Assembly (NCBI GenBank): GCA_964413875.1
Contig: CAYPUA010000007.1
Location: forward strand, 45,139-109,138
Length of the DNA stretch: 64,000 nt
From: an uncultured Bdellovibrionales bacterium
GTDB taxonomy: Bacteria; Bdellovibrionota_C; UBA2361; OMII01
Direction of reading: 5' to 3'
The notes beneath the pieces were generated by a model, which was not told the origin of the DNA, made no database searches, and saw only the letters and a list, made by a program, of their open reading frames with translations. A program made the translations under genes and the position numbers. Positions 36,320-46,531 of this stretch are shown here, piece after piece (position 1 is the first letter of the stretch; the number at the start of each line of letters is the position of its first letter).

Positions 36320-37774
36320 ATGAAGTCAGCCCTTTCCATCCTGCCTATTGAGGGCAGCCAGAGCCCGAGCTGTTCCTCGGTGGCCGTAAACATCAACGAG
36401 CCTCGCCCTCTTGACGGCAAGGTCTCGTTCGCCGGTCGTGCTGCAGTAGTGACGCTCGGCTGCGCCAAGAACCAAGTCGACTCCGAGGTGATGATTGGAG
36501 TCCTGAGGAACTCAGGATTCGAGATCGTCAACGAGCTTAACCGCGCCGATGTTGCGGTGGTTAACACGTGCGGATTTCTTGAGAGCGCCGTGAAGGAGAG
36601 TGTCGACTGTGTGCTCGAGCTCTCAGAGCTTAAAAAATCTGGCAGCCTTCGCAGGCTGCTCGTCGCTGGCTGCATGGTCGAGCGCTACAAAGGCGACATT
36701 CGCAAGGCACTGCCCGAGGTAGATTCTTTCATTGCCCTAGATGGGCTCTTGAGTGTGGGGCAGGCAGCTCTCGGAGCCGATGAGTCTCTCCGCGACATTC
36801 TTCACGAAGGTTCGCGGCCGTACTTTTTGTACGACGACACGATGCCGCGCCACCTCGCATCTCGGCGTCACATGGCCTACGTCAAGGTGTCAGAGGGATG
36901 CAACCGGCCGTGCGCTTTCTGCATCATCCCCCAGATTCGCGGCGCAATGCGCAGCCGCTCAATTGAGTCGATTGTGCGTGAAGTGCAGGCTCTCGGAGCA
37001 CAGGGAGTGCGCGAGATAAACCTGGTCGCCCAGGACCTCACTGCATTCGGAACGGACCGCTCGGAGAAGCTCGTCGATCTCCTGAAGAGCCTCGACCAGG
37101 CGAAAGCTGCTGCCTGGATCCGGCTGCTGTACGCATACCCGGTTGGAGTGGACGACGATCTGCTCTCAGCGATTGTCGACCTGCCCAGTGTCTGTGACTA
37201 TCTCGACGTGCCGCTCCAGCACTCAAGTGAAGAGGTGCTGCGTGCCATGAAGCGCCCTATCGGTCGTTTCGGCTCGCGTCGTTTCGTGGAGTACGTGCGC
37301 AGCAAGGCGCCCCAGATAAAGCTTCGCACAACTTTCATCGTCGGGTTTCCGGGCGAGACCGAGCAGGATATCAAGGACCTCGAGAGCTTCGTTGCTGATG
37401 GACACTTCGAGAGTGTAGGCGTGTTCACCTACTCGCCTGAGCCCGGGACAGCGGCTTGTGACCTAGAAGGGCAGGTGCCCGACAAGGAGAAGCGCGCTCG
37501 TCGCGATCGCGTGATGCTCGCGCAACAGAAAGTGCGCGTCGCTCGCAACCAGGAGTACGTCGGCAAGCGGCTTGAGGTGCTCGTCGAGGGGCCACACGAG
37601 GAGACAGACATGCTCCTGTCAGGCCGGGCTCGGTTCCAGGCTCCAGAGGTTGATGGGGTTGTGCTCATCAACGACGTTGCTGAGCAACTTGGCACAGTTG
37701 AGGCGGGGCACATCGGCCAGGTGGAGATCACCGAGATTTCAGGGTACGATCTAGTAGGAACGTTAGTCTCATGA
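36320..37774 (+). CDS. rimO: MiaB-family radical-SAM methylthiotransferase, most like ribosomal protein S12 methylthiotransferase RimO (MTTase N-terminal domain plus radical SAM plus TRAM).
   Basis: MTTase N-domain VTLGCAKNQVDSE...VVNTCGF; radical-SAM cluster motif CNRPCAFC; C-terminal TRAM-like beta domain. Confidence 0.75.
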   Translation: MKSALSILPIEGSQSPSCSSVAVNINEPRPLDGKVSFAGRAAVVTLGCAKNQVDSEVMIGVLRNSGFEIVNELNRADVAVVNTCGFLESAVKESVDCVLELSELKKSGSLRRLLVAGCMVERYKGDIRKALPEVDSFIALDGLLSVGQAALGADESLRDILHEGSRPYFLYDDTMPRHLASRRHMAYVKVSEGCNRPCAFCIIPQIRGAMRSRSIESIVREVQALGAQGVREINLVAQDLTAFGTDRSEKLVDLLKSLDQAKAAAWIRLLYAYPVGVDDDLLSAIVDLPSVCDYLDVPLQHSSEEVLRAMKRPIGRFGSRRFVEYVRSKAPQIKLRTTFIVGFPGETEQDIKDLESFVADGHFESVGVFTYSPEPGTAACDLEGQVPDKEKRARRDRVMLAQQKVRVARNQEYVGKRLEVLVEGPHEETDMLLSGRARFQAPEVDGVVLINDVAEQLGTVEAGHIGQVEITEISGYDLVGTLVS

Positions 37775-38556
37775 GCGAGCCTAGAATCGGCATATTCATC
37801 ATCGCCTACAACGCGGTGAACCACCTCAACAAGACCATCAGCCGCATTCCGCCTGAAGTCTACGAGAGGGTAGAAGAGATCTTCGTAATCGACGACTGCA
37901 GCCAGGACAACTCGTACTACGCTGCGCTGGGCTACAAGTCTGAGTTCAACATCCAGAAGCTCACCGTTCACCGCAACCACAAGAACCAGGGCTACGGCGG
38001 AAACCAGAAGGTCGGTTACCAGTACGCAATCGACCGAGGGTTAGACATCGTGGCGCTCATTCACGGTGACGGCCAGTATGCTCCGGAGGCTCTGCCTTCC
38101 CTGCTCGAACCTCTGGTGAACGGCGAAGCTGAGATGGTCTTCGGGTCTCGCATGGCAACCCCAGGTGCGGCTCGCAGGGGTGGAATGCCGATGTACAAGT
38201 ACCTCGGTAACCGAATTCTAACGACCGTGCAGAACCGCCTCTCAGGGCTAAAGCTGTCGGAGTATCACTCTGGCTATCGGCTCTACTCGGTTGAGGCTTT
38301 GAAGCGCATCCCGTTTGAGTCGTTCACGAACACCTGGCACTTCGACACGCAGATTATCTTGGCGATGGCAGAACGGAATTTTAGGATCGTGGAGCGTCCC
38401 ATCCCGACTTACTACGGTGATGAAATCTGCCACGTTAACGGCATTCCCTACGCGTTTCACTGCCTCACAACGAGCTACCAGTTCTACCGCAATCGAAAGA
38501 GGAATGTGCTGAGCTACCCGGGCGCGATGGACATTCCCCGTATCGTTCGCTCCTAG
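37771..38556 (+). CDS. Family 2 glycosyltransferase (dolichyl-/polyprenyl-phosphate sugar transferase-like).
   Basis: IGIFIIAYNAVNHL, a DxD motif VIDDCSQDNS, IHGDGQY. Start overlaps the rimO stop. Confidence 0.75.
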   Translation: MSEPRIGIFIIAYNAVNHLNKTISRIPPEVYERVEEIFVIDDCSQDNSYYAALGYKSEFNIQKLTVHRNHKNQGYGGNQKVGYQYAIDRGLDIVALIHGDGQYAPEALPSLLEPLVNGEAEMVFGSRMATPGAARRGGMPMYKYLGNRILTTVQNRLSGLKLSEYHSGYRLYSVEALKRIPFESFTNTWHFDTQIILAMAERNFRIVERPIPTYYGDEICHVNGIPYAFHCLTTSYQFYRNRKRNVLSYPGAMDIPRIVRS

Positions 38557-38733
38557 CGGTCGGCATCCGGTATCCCACGACCATTTCTGGGCTCGTTTCT
38601 TAGAGGCGCAGGTCATAGATCTTCTGCTGTAAATGCGGCGAGTTGGGCGAGCGCGGAAGCCTTTCTTTTCATTTCGCAAAGTTGGAAAATCAAGTATATC
38701 CTCAGCGCTACAAAGGTAATCGGAGATCCCAGC

Positions 38734-39861
38734 ATGGCAGCCAGCAAGAACCCACAAATTTTGGCCCTCAACGAACTCGGGCAGTCGGTTTGGTACGACA
38801 ACCTCTCCCGAGATGTCTTGAGGTCAGGTGAGCTTGAGTCGCTGATAGCTCAGGGAGTCTCGGGGCTCACAAGCAACCCGACCATCTTTAAGCAGGCGAT
38901 CGCCGACACCAACAACTACGACGAGGACATGAAGCAGCCAGAGCTCAAGAGCCTTTCTACTGAGGCTCTCTCGGAGGAGCTGATGGTTCGGGATGTGGCC
39001 GCTGCTGCCGATCTGCTTCGGCCGATCTACGACGCGACTGGGGCAGGTGACGGCTATGCCAGCATTGAGGTCTCGCCGTACCTGGCGGCTGACGGAAAAG
39101 GCACGGTCGATGCAGCCGTGCGGCTCTGGAAGAAGCTCAGTCGGCCCAACATCATGATCAAGATCCCAGCAACGCCGGAGTGCATTCCAGCTATTCAGGC
39201 TGTGCTCGAACAGGGCATCAACGTGAACGTGACCCTGATCTTTTCGACCCAGGTCTACGAGCAGGTTGCACACGCCTATATCGCAGCGCTTGAGACTCGG
39301 GCAGCGCGAGGCGAGAGCCTCAAAAACATCTCCTCGGTGGCGAGCTTCTTCGTATCGCGAGTTGATTCGAGTGTTGAAAAGGCTCTCGATGGGCTGCTGA
39401 AAGAGGGGAAGGCGACCGCAGCTGACAAGGAATCGCTGTTTGGGAGAGTTGGAGTAGCGAATTCAAAGCTGGCCTATGCAAGCTTCGAGAAGCTCTTCGG
39501 TTCCGAGCGCTTCAAGACGCTGCGAGAGAAGGGCGCTCGCGTCCAGCGCCCACTTTGGGCAAGCACTGGCACCAAGAACCCGGCGTTCAAGGCTGTGATG
39601 TACGTGGAGGAGCTCGCTGGCCGTGACACGGTCAACACGATGCCGCCAGCCACTGTGAAGGCGCTGCTTGCGGGTGGAACGATCGAGCCGCGGCTGCACG
39701 CCGGACTCGAGCAGGCCGAGGCGCTCGTCGCGCGCTTGGGCGCTCTCGGGCTCAGCTTCGACTCGATGCTCCGCGACCTTCAAGTCGCTGGAGTGAAGAG
39801 CTTCGCTGATTCATACAAGGAGCTTTTGGCTTCAATCGACGCAAAGAGGAAAGCGATCTAG
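38734..39861 (+). CDS. tal: Transaldolase (long form).
   Basis: LGQSVWYDNLSRDVL, SGLTSNPTIF, and catalytic-Lys context IMIKIPAT. Confidence 0.85.
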   Translation: MAASKNPQILALNELGQSVWYDNLSRDVLRSGELESLIAQGVSGLTSNPTIFKQAIADTNNYDEDMKQPELKSLSTEALSEELMVRDVAAAADLLRPIYDATGAGDGYASIEVSPYLAADGKGTVDAAVRLWKKLSRPNIMIKIPATPECIPAIQAVLEQGINVNVTLIFSTQVYEQVAHAYIAALETRAARGESLKNISSVASFFVSRVDSSVEKALDGLLKEGKATAADKESLFGRVGVANSKLAYASFEKLFGSERFKTLREKGARVQRPLWASTGTKNPAFKAVMYVEELAGRDTVNTMPPATVKALLAGGTIEPRLHAGLEQAEALVARLGALGLSFDSMLRDLQVAGVKSFADSYKELLASIDAKRKAI

Positions 39862-39885
39862 TCGCACTTTATTTAAGGAAGCACT

Positions 39886-41421
39886 GTGGCACATCCTGCA
39901 GATCTCGACCAAGAGTCCCGAATAGTCCGGCCTCCGGCAACGCTGCTTGTGATCTTCGGCGCGAGCGGCGACCTCACATCGCGCAAGCTCATCCCTGCCC
40001 TCTGCAATCTCGCAGAGGATCAGTATCTGCCGGAGAATTTCATCGTGATCGGCTCCTCGCGCTCGAAGCTGAGCGACGATGAGTTCCGGGCGAAGGTGCA
40101 CGAAGGAGTGATGAAGTATTCACGGCGCCCGATCAGCCCTGCTGTTTGGGAGAAGTTTGCGAAGAACCTTCACTACCAGCCGTGCAATGGCGAAGTCCTC
40201 GGAGACTTTGAGGCGCTCAAGGGGCGCATGGAGAGCCTGTGCGCAGCGAGCAACCAGCAGTTCAACTACGTGTACTACCTGGCGATGGCGCCACAGTTCT
40301 TCGGGCCGATTGCCTCTAACCTGAAAGAGGTTGGGCTGATCGAAGATTACGGCAAGTCGAGCCGCCGCACGTCTGTGGTGGTTGAGAAGCCGTTCGGGCA
40401 CGACCTTGCGTCAGCGCGTGAGCTCAATACAGTTCTGCGCAAGAGCCTGGCAGAGGAGCAGATCTACCGTATCGACCACTACCTCGGCAAAGAGACTGTG
40501 CAGAACATCCTCGTGTTCCGATTCGCCAACGGTATCTTCGAGCCGCTGTGGAACCGCAAGTACGTCGATCACATCCAGATCTCGGTGTGTGAGGATATCG
40601 GTATCGGGAGCCGCGCTGCGTACTTTGACCAGAACGGCATCCTGCGCGATATCGTGCAGAACCACGTGCTCCAGATGTTGGCGCTGCTTTGTATCGAGCC
40701 GCCGATCTCGCTCAGTGACGCTGACAGTATCCGCGACGAGAAAGCGAAGGTGTTGCGATCTATTAAGCGCATGACGCTTGAAGAGGTGAAGCGCAACACG
40801 GTGCGTGCCCAGTACAGCAGGGGCAGGGTTGGTTCCGACGATGTGCCAGGGTATCGTGAGGAGAAAGGGGTCGCTGCAGACTCAAGCACCGATACCTTCG
40901 TCGCGCTCAAGCTTGAGATCGACAACTGGCGATGGAGCGGAGTTCCGATCTACATCCGGGCAGGCAAGCGGCTTCCGAAGCGCATCACTGAGATCACCAT
41001 ATTTTTCAACAAGGCGCCGGACTCCCTGTTCAAGGGCCGAAATGTCGGGGAGCTTGAGCACAACGTGCTTTCAATCCAAGTTCAGCCGCGAGAGGGCATG
41101 TCGCTGCGCGTGAGCTCAAAGCCGCCGGGGCCGCGACTGCGAGTGCGGCCAGTCGAGATGGACTTCACCTACGACAGCTCCTTCGGAGTTGCTTCGCCCG
41201 AGGCGTACGAGCGGTTGCTCCTTGACGTGATGAAGGGCGATCCGACGCTCTTCACTCGTAATGACGAGATCGAGGAGTCGTGGGATCTCTTGGCGCCGAT
41301 ATTTGATGCATGGCGTTCGCCTGAGGCGCCAGCGCTGAGGCATTACGATGCTGGCACATGGGGGCCGCCAGAAGCTGATGAGCTGCTGACGAGGCTTGGC
41401 CACTCCTGGCGCAAGCTGTAA
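39886..41421 (+). CDS. zwf: Glucose-6-phosphate 1-dehydrogenase.
   Basis: NADP motif IFGASGDLTSRKL; active-site motif DHYLGKE; EKPFGHDL. Confidence 0.9.
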   Translation: MAHPADLDQESRIVRPPATLLVIFGASGDLTSRKLIPALCNLAEDQYLPENFIVIGSSRSKLSDDEFRAKVHEGVMKYSRRPISPAVWEKFAKNLHYQPCNGEVLGDFEALKGRMESLCAASNQQFNYVYYLAMAPQFFGPIASNLKEVGLIEDYGKSSRRTSVVVEKPFGHDLASARELNTVLRKSLAEEQIYRIDHYLGKETVQNILVFRFANGIFEPLWNRKYVDHIQISVCEDIGIGSRAAYFDQNGILRDIVQNHVLQMLALLCIEPPISLSDADSIRDEKAKVLRSIKRMTLEEVKRNTVRAQYSRGRVGSDDVPGYREEKGVAADSSTDTFVALKLEIDNWRWSGVPIYIRAGKRLPKRITEITIFFNKAPDSLFKGRNVGELEHNVLSIQVQPREGMSLRVSSKPPGPRLRVRPVEMDFTYDSSFGVASPEAYERLLLDVMKGDPTLFTRNDEIEESWDLLAPIFDAWRSPEAPALRHYDAGTWGPPEADELLTRLGHSWRKL

Positions 41422-41450
41422 ATGCGCGTGTCTTCTGGAACGCCCCCACA

Positions 41451-42614
41451 GTGCTGAAGCTAGACCTATCAGAGACAAGTGAATCGTTCAGGGCCTCGCT
41501 GCGCGATTGGCTGGCCAAGAATCCGCCGCCGCCGGAACCCGTTGAGACTTCGCTTGAAGAGTTTCAGAGGGTAGGGCGAGCGTGGCAGGCGCAGCTTGCC
41601 TCGGGGCGCTGGATCGGGACGCACTGGCCTGAAGCCTTTGGCGGACGGGGCCTGACCCTGGTCGAAGAGGCTATTGTGCAAGAGGAGCTTGTTCGTGTCG
41701 CTGCGCCGCAGGTTCTGGGACTCTTTGGCCTCACGATGGTAGGACCGGTCCTGATCTCGCATGGCTCGGATGAGCAGCGGAAACGGTTTTTGCCGCGGAT
41801 ACTGACGGGTGAAGAAATCTGGTGCCAAGGGTTCTCCGAGCCCGGGGCTGGAAGCGATTTGGCGGCGGTGCGCGCGCGAGCTGTTCCCGTTGAAGGCGGA
41901 TACCGCCTCTCTGGCCAGAAGATCTGGACGAGCTTCGCGCACATCGCCGACTGGTGTTTTGTGTTGTGCCGCACGGCAGACTCGCCAAAGAAGCACGAGG
42001 GGCTCTCGTACCTCCTGGTGGACATGAAGTCGCAGGGCATCACCACTCGGCCTTTGCGCCAGGCAAGCGGCGACCGCGAGTTCAATGAAGTTTTCTTCGA
42101 TGACGTGTTTGTCGCTTCAGAGAATCTCGTTGGGCAGCCCGGAGATGGCTGGAAGATAGCGATCTCGACCCTCATGTTCGAGCGAGTGGTTCTTACGTTC
42201 TCCCGGCAGCTACAGTCGGAAGTGGCGCTGAATGGGCTGCTGCGCGAGCACGGTGGCACTGCCTCAGGTAGCGATGCAGTGGAATTGGCTCAAGCGATCA
42301 CATCAGCCTGTGCGACGAGGGCACTGGCGTACTCACATTTGCTGTCCTACGCCAAAGGTAAGGCTCCGGGCCCGGAGGGGTCGATGGACAAGCTGCTCTG
42401 GAGTGAGTCGTTCCAGCGGCTTTGCAAGCTTGCGGTCTCGTTGCGTGGGGTTTCGGCGGCGCTCGGCGAGGAGCACGGTGAAGGAGCTCACGACGTGCAC
42501 CGTTACCTCTACTCGCGCGGCAGAACGATTGCGGCGGGCACCTCCGAGATTCAGCGTTCGATCATAGCAGAGCGGGTGCTCGGATTGCCGCGGCTGCGGC
42601 ATGAGAAGGGCTGA
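41451..42614 (+). CDS. Acyl-CoA dehydrogenase family protein.
   Basis: ACAD N-terminal, middle and C-terminal domains, with the C-terminal AAGTSEIQRSIIAERVLGLPR signature. GTG start. Confidence 0.8.
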   Translation: MLKLDLSETSESFRASLRDWLAKNPPPPEPVETSLEEFQRVGRAWQAQLASGRWIGTHWPEAFGGRGLTLVEEAIVQEELVRVAAPQVLGLFGLTMVGPVLISHGSDEQRKRFLPRILTGEEIWCQGFSEPGAGSDLAAVRARAVPVEGGYRLSGQKIWTSFAHIADWCFVLCRTADSPKKHEGLSYLLVDMKSQGITTRPLRQASGDREFNEVFFDDVFVASENLVGQPGDGWKIAISTLMFERVVLTFSRQLQSEVALNGLLREHGGTASGSDAVELAQAITSACATRALAYSHLLSYAKGKAPGPEGSMDKLLWSESFQRLCKLAVSLRGVSAALGEEHGEGAHDVHRYLYSRGRTIAAGTSEIQRSIIAERVLGLPRLRHEKG

Positions 42615-42822
42615 TTGCTGCGCGGACTCCATGAGCGTTCACGACACCGTGCCCCGTAGATCCGACAAACCGGCGAGAGTTCGCCGACTCATCTTTCTTG
42701 CGGTGTGGATCGTTGTCCTGAGCGGCGTAATCGGCGCTTGCTCCAGCTCCATGCGAGGCTGTTCGCGCCCAACGACGCTGGAGCCAGAGGAGCTGCGGCT
42801 CGACCTGCACCTGGCCTAGCCG

Positions 42823-43269
42823 CTACGGCCCTCTCACGGGGGGCACCGTGAGGCGAGCTTCGATCTCACGAGCTTGCTCGTGCCAGAGGTCTTTTGAAAT
42901 CTCCTGTGACAGCGCGCGTTGAAGCTGCACCGGCAAGAGCTCCCGAATGATGCCGAGCAGCCGAGGTTCGGCAGCGATCACGAGCCGGTCGGCTCGTTCC
43001 TTCACAAAGTCTCGCTCCACGGATGCAAGCGTGTCTCTATAAAAGTTTTTAAGAAGTCGATCTCGGGCTTCTTCCTCAGTGCTGTAGCTCTGCTGGGCGC
43101 GCATCCGGTTGTCGGTGCTGGCGCCGTGACGGTCGCTCTCAATACCCTGGTTTTTCAGGCGGCCGGCGGAATTGCCGACGTCCCAGCGCAGCGAGAGCTT
43201 TCCCAATCCCTCACGCACGAAGATGCGTGCTTGGTCGCGGCTGGCGACTAGAATCCATGTTCTTGGCAT
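42823..43269 (-). CDS. Host_attach-family protein (host attachment protein-like, ~148 aa).
   Basis: N-terminal MPRTWILVASRDQARIF is characteristic of the Host_attach (PF10116-like) family. Assignment from motif memory only. Confidence 0.45.
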   Translation of the reverse strand: MPRTWILVASRDQARIFVREGLGKLSLRWDVGNSAGRLKNQGIESDRHGASTDNRMRAQQSYSTEEEARDRLLKNFYRDTLASVERDFVKERADRLVIAAEPRLLGIIRELLPVQLQRALSQEISKDLWHEQAREIEARLTVPPVRGP

Positions 43270-43441
43270 ACGACTCCCGATAAAGCAGACAGCATGCCGT
43301 GGAACGCTTGCGGTGGTCGCTGATCTTGGTCAGTGGGTGTGTGAAGCCGCTGGACTGGGAGCTGGCGCCGAGCGGCAAGGACTAAGTGAGGGTGACGTAA
43401 TGACCATTCCGCGAGGAATGGATTGCGCCACGCCCTCACGG

Positions 43442-43897
43442 TTAACATGATTGCCGCAGGATTGTCTCAAGCTCCGCGAGTTCCCTCTCAGAGTCGACAA
43501 CCTTCGGTTTTAGAACCTTCCAACGTTTCTCCAGCGGACGGAGAAGCTTTCCAAGGCGCTTTAGCCGCTTTTCGGCACGCAGCGCCAAGTTTCCAATCAG
43601 GTTAGCTTTGGCGAATGCCCCCTCGTAGACGGCTCGCCACCATCCGCTATCAAGCCGAGCGAAAAGACGCTCGTGCTTCTCTAAATTCAGCTGAACTCGC
43701 CCGAGGTTCTCCTCGAGCTCGTATAAATCAGCGCGCAGGTCCGTGGTCTTTACACGAATCCAGCCGATGCTGCTCCTTGCGTCGTCGAGTCGCTCTGAGC
43801 AGTCAGGCGAGCAACACTCATCCTGCAAACTCACCGCATCCCGGCAAACCGGACAACAACGGACGCTCGCTAAGCGAAAGCGTGAAGCGCTTCGCAT
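43442..43897 (-). CDS. Hypothetical protein with an N-terminal Cys-rich zinc ribbon and a coiled-coil C-terminus.
   Basis: CCPVCRDAVSLQDECCSPDC cysteine cluster, then heptad-like ELEENLGRVQLNLEKHERL... Confidence 0.4.
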   Translation of the reverse strand: MRSASRFRLASVRCCPVCRDAVSLQDECCSPDCSERLDDARSSIGWIRVKTTDLRADLYELEENLGRVQLNLEKHERLFARLDSGWWRAVYEGAFAKANLIGNLALRAEKRLKRLGKLLRPLEKRWKVLKPKVVDSERELAELETILRQSC

Positions 43898-44225
43898 GGC
43901 AGACCTCCTTTCGACCTAAAAAGAAAACCTTCTGGTCAAAACGTCTTTCCCCGCGTCACTCGCCCAGGGGCGGAGTGAAGCCAGGACAGAATCAGGGCAA
44001 AAACACCGTTCGGAAACTACCAGAGGGATCCGGGTTTTAACAGGGTGCAAATACTGGAAGATGCCTTTACCAAGTCCGCTGCGGACACCATCGAGCGTCA
44101 ATCCGCAGAAAAAAACTCACGAGGAATGGCAGTTATCCCTGCCTCGAATGATTCCCCCTTTGTTGGGAGCTAACCAATAGCTAACCTGAGGGTCCTGTTG
44201 GACTTGGTTGGAGGTTGGTTTTTGC

Positions 44226-45944
44226 ATGACCCAGCTAGAGATCGCTCGAAGGTTATCCGCAGCCGTTTCCGATTCGCAGTGGCACTGCGACCTGGCCAAG
44301 GGGTTGCTCAAGCCCCAAAACGCAGACGTTGTCCAGCCGCTGCGCATCTTCTCTCCGCAAGCATTCAAGCCATTCCAGGAGTGCGGGCTGCCGGCCCTCA
44401 AGTCTGTGCCGATCAGTGAGCAGCTCGCCGCTGGTCATCCCTTCGAGCGATTTATCCGCAAGAGCAAGCCGCTCAACATCAGCGACCTCCACCAGATTCT
44501 GGGCCACCCGATGCTCGATCTCTCGCTGATTGGATTCAAGACAGGAGCGATCAGTGCGGCGGTGCAAAATCATCTTCTGGATTACGAAGGCTCAGGCCAC
44601 GCTGAGGACTACTCACGAAACATGTGGGCGCGCGACAGCATCATCACCGCAGCAGCGCTAAACCGAGCGGGGTTCTCGGACAAAGCCGAGCAGATAGTAA
44701 AGAACCTCTGGAACTTTGCGGGCAGTGAGCACCATCGCGGAAAAATTCTGCAGTTTCACTGGGGGCCGATGGAGGAGCGCCGCAGGCGCTTCATCGAGGG
44801 GAATGACGGGCCGCACATCAAGTTTTCAATCGGTGCTGGCGGTGAGATCGGGTTCTGTAACCATGACTGGGGGCATCAGCAGCTCGATGCGCTCGGCGCG
44901 ATGGTCTGGGCGCCGTACCGCTTCGCCAACAACGCGGCGAAAAACGGCGAGCAGTCCGAGGGCGGACACTTCGATCTCCGGCTCCTCGATCCAGACCGCT
45001 CCGCCACAGACTCCATCCTTCCGGCCGCGCTCAAAATGTTCTACGGAGCCGGCGTGCACGACACGCTCGACTACGGCCCGTGGGAGGATATCCGCGAATG
45101 GAGAAGGGCGACCTCGGTTGGAATCGTCGTCGCGGCGCTGCGAGAGGCGTCTGAATTTCACGAGAGGGAAGGATGGGGTGTTTTGCCGGTGGAGTATAAC
45201 GGCCGCCAGGACCCACGCACATTCCGCTCACAAGTCCAGGAGACGCTGGGGCGCTGCCTCGAGACGGTGCACAACCGAATCCCCACTGAGGGGCTCGCCG
45301 CTGAGTGCGACCGGCGGCCAGTCGACTCGGCGATGATGCTCTTGCTCTATCCGTTTGATTGCGGACTCTCGGTAGAGCGGCAGAACACCATCCTGCGCAC
45401 GGTGTATCGCAACATGGGCGAGGTCGGCTTCCGCCGCTGGGAGCGTGATGCGTTTGAGGGACCTGACCGGTACGTTGGGCAGGATTACCATCACAACCGC
45501 AATCCCGAAGATAAGGGGGAATTTGCGGCGCGCTCGAATGCTATGCGCCCCGCGGAGTGGAGCCTCTTTGATCCGCTCTTGGCGGCGTATTTCTACCGTC
45601 GCTTCGTCGAGTCAGGCGCCCGTGAGATAGAGTCTTACGTGTACGCTGATCGGCACCTGAAGCGTTCGCTCTCGTTTATCACGCCTGGAGTGTCGGTGCT
45701 GAACGTTGCTGGGAAGGGGCGTAGCTTCACGATTCCGCGCGGAATTCTCCCGGAGGCTTTCGCCTGGGATTCGCGCAGAGAGTCCTGGTTAGCGAACCAC
45801 AACTCTCCGTTGCTCATGGCTCAGGCCGCTCTCGGCTTGGCTTTTGAGCGTGCTCAAGACGCAATTCTCCTAGTTGATGCTTACCTGCGCGAAGCGCGCA
45901 TCCTTGAAGAGGTCGTGCGGCCGAGCTCGCGGGGTTCGGCGTGA
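44226..45944 (+). CDS. Glycoside hydrolase family 15 (glucoamylase/glucodextranase-like, (alpha/alpha)6 barrel).
   Basis: GH15 motifs NMWARDSIITAAAL (WxRD) and QQLDALGAMVWA. ~570 aa. Confidence 0.65.
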   Translation: MTQLEIARRLSAAVSDSQWHCDLAKGLLKPQNADVVQPLRIFSPQAFKPFQECGLPALKSVPISEQLAAGHPFERFIRKSKPLNISDLHQILGHPMLDLSLIGFKTGAISAAVQNHLLDYEGSGHAEDYSRNMWARDSIITAAALNRAGFSDKAEQIVKNLWNFAGSEHHRGKILQFHWGPMEERRRRFIEGNDGPHIKFSIGAGGEIGFCNHDWGHQQLDALGAMVWAPYRFANNAAKNGEQSEGGHFDLRLLDPDRSATDSILPAALKMFYGAGVHDTLDYGPWEDIREWRRATSVGIVVAALREASEFHEREGWGVLPVEYNGRQDPRTFRSQVQETLGRCLETVHNRIPTEGLAAECDRRPVDSAMMLLLYPFDCGLSVERQNTILRTVYRNMGEVGFRRWERDAFEGPDRYVGQDYHHNRNPEDKGEFAARSNAMRPAEWSLFDPLLAAYFYRRFVESGAREIESYVYADRHLKRSLSFITPGVSVLNVAGKGRSFTIPRGILPEAFAWDSRRESWLANHNSPLLMAQAALGLAFERAQDAILLVDAYLREARILEEVVRPSSRGSA

Positions 45945-46531
45945 CGGCGACGATCTTTGAGTCCACTGCCGGCATCTCTCTGGAACAGCTCCAGCGTCTG
46001 CCACTTCAGACGTTCGCCACTAGCTGGAGTGGGCAGGTGCTTTCGGTCCCGCTGCAGTGGGCGATTGCACGAGACCAAAAGCGGCTCTGGTTTGTGGCCT
46101 CCTTGCCGGGTGGCACGGACTACAACAGGCAGCATTCGAGTGGCGAATTCGTGGAGGGGCTGTGGGAACAGGACGTCGCGGAGCTGTTCATCAAGGAGAG
46201 TTCCGGGCGCTACCAGGAGTTTAACGTCAGTCCAGGTGGAGCGTGGTGGTCTGTTGCTCTCAGTTCGTACAGGACCCGCGAGCCCGCTCTCCCGGAACTG
46301 CGAGAGCCCATCATACGAGTCGAGTTGCAGGAGGGGAGATGGAGAGTGGTCTTTGGTGTGGACCGCTCCTGCCTAGCAGTTGAGCTCACGGATAATTCGA
46401 GACTGCATGTCTCGGGCATCTCGCATAAGCCACAACGAGCTTTTCTCTCGTCTTGCCCGGTTCCTGGTGTTGACCCCGACTTCCACCACCCCGACGCTTT
46501 CATGCCGGTGCGCTTTCAGGCGATAGGCTAA
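45941..46531 (+). CDS. Hypothetical protein.
   Basis: 196-aa ORF overlapping the GH15 stop (GTG start), so possibly co-transcribed. No recognisable motifs. Confidence 0.35.
   Translation: MTATIFESTAGISLEQLQRLPLQTFATSWSGQVLSVPLQWAIARDQKRLWFVASLPGGTDYNRQHSSGEFVEGLWEQDVAELFIKESSGRYQEFNVSPGGAWWSVALSSYRTREPALPELREPIIRVELQEGRWRVVFGVDRSCLAVELTDNSRLHVSGISHKPQRAFLSSCPVPGVDPDFHHPDAFMPVRFQAIG

Noticed and set aside
44127-44143. Sigma-54-like element TGGCAGTTATCCCTGCC upstream of the GH15 gene.
   Set aside because: The GG and GC dinucleotides are separated by 11 nt rather than the required 10. Sigma-54 promoters are intolerant of spacing changes, so this is probably a chance match.
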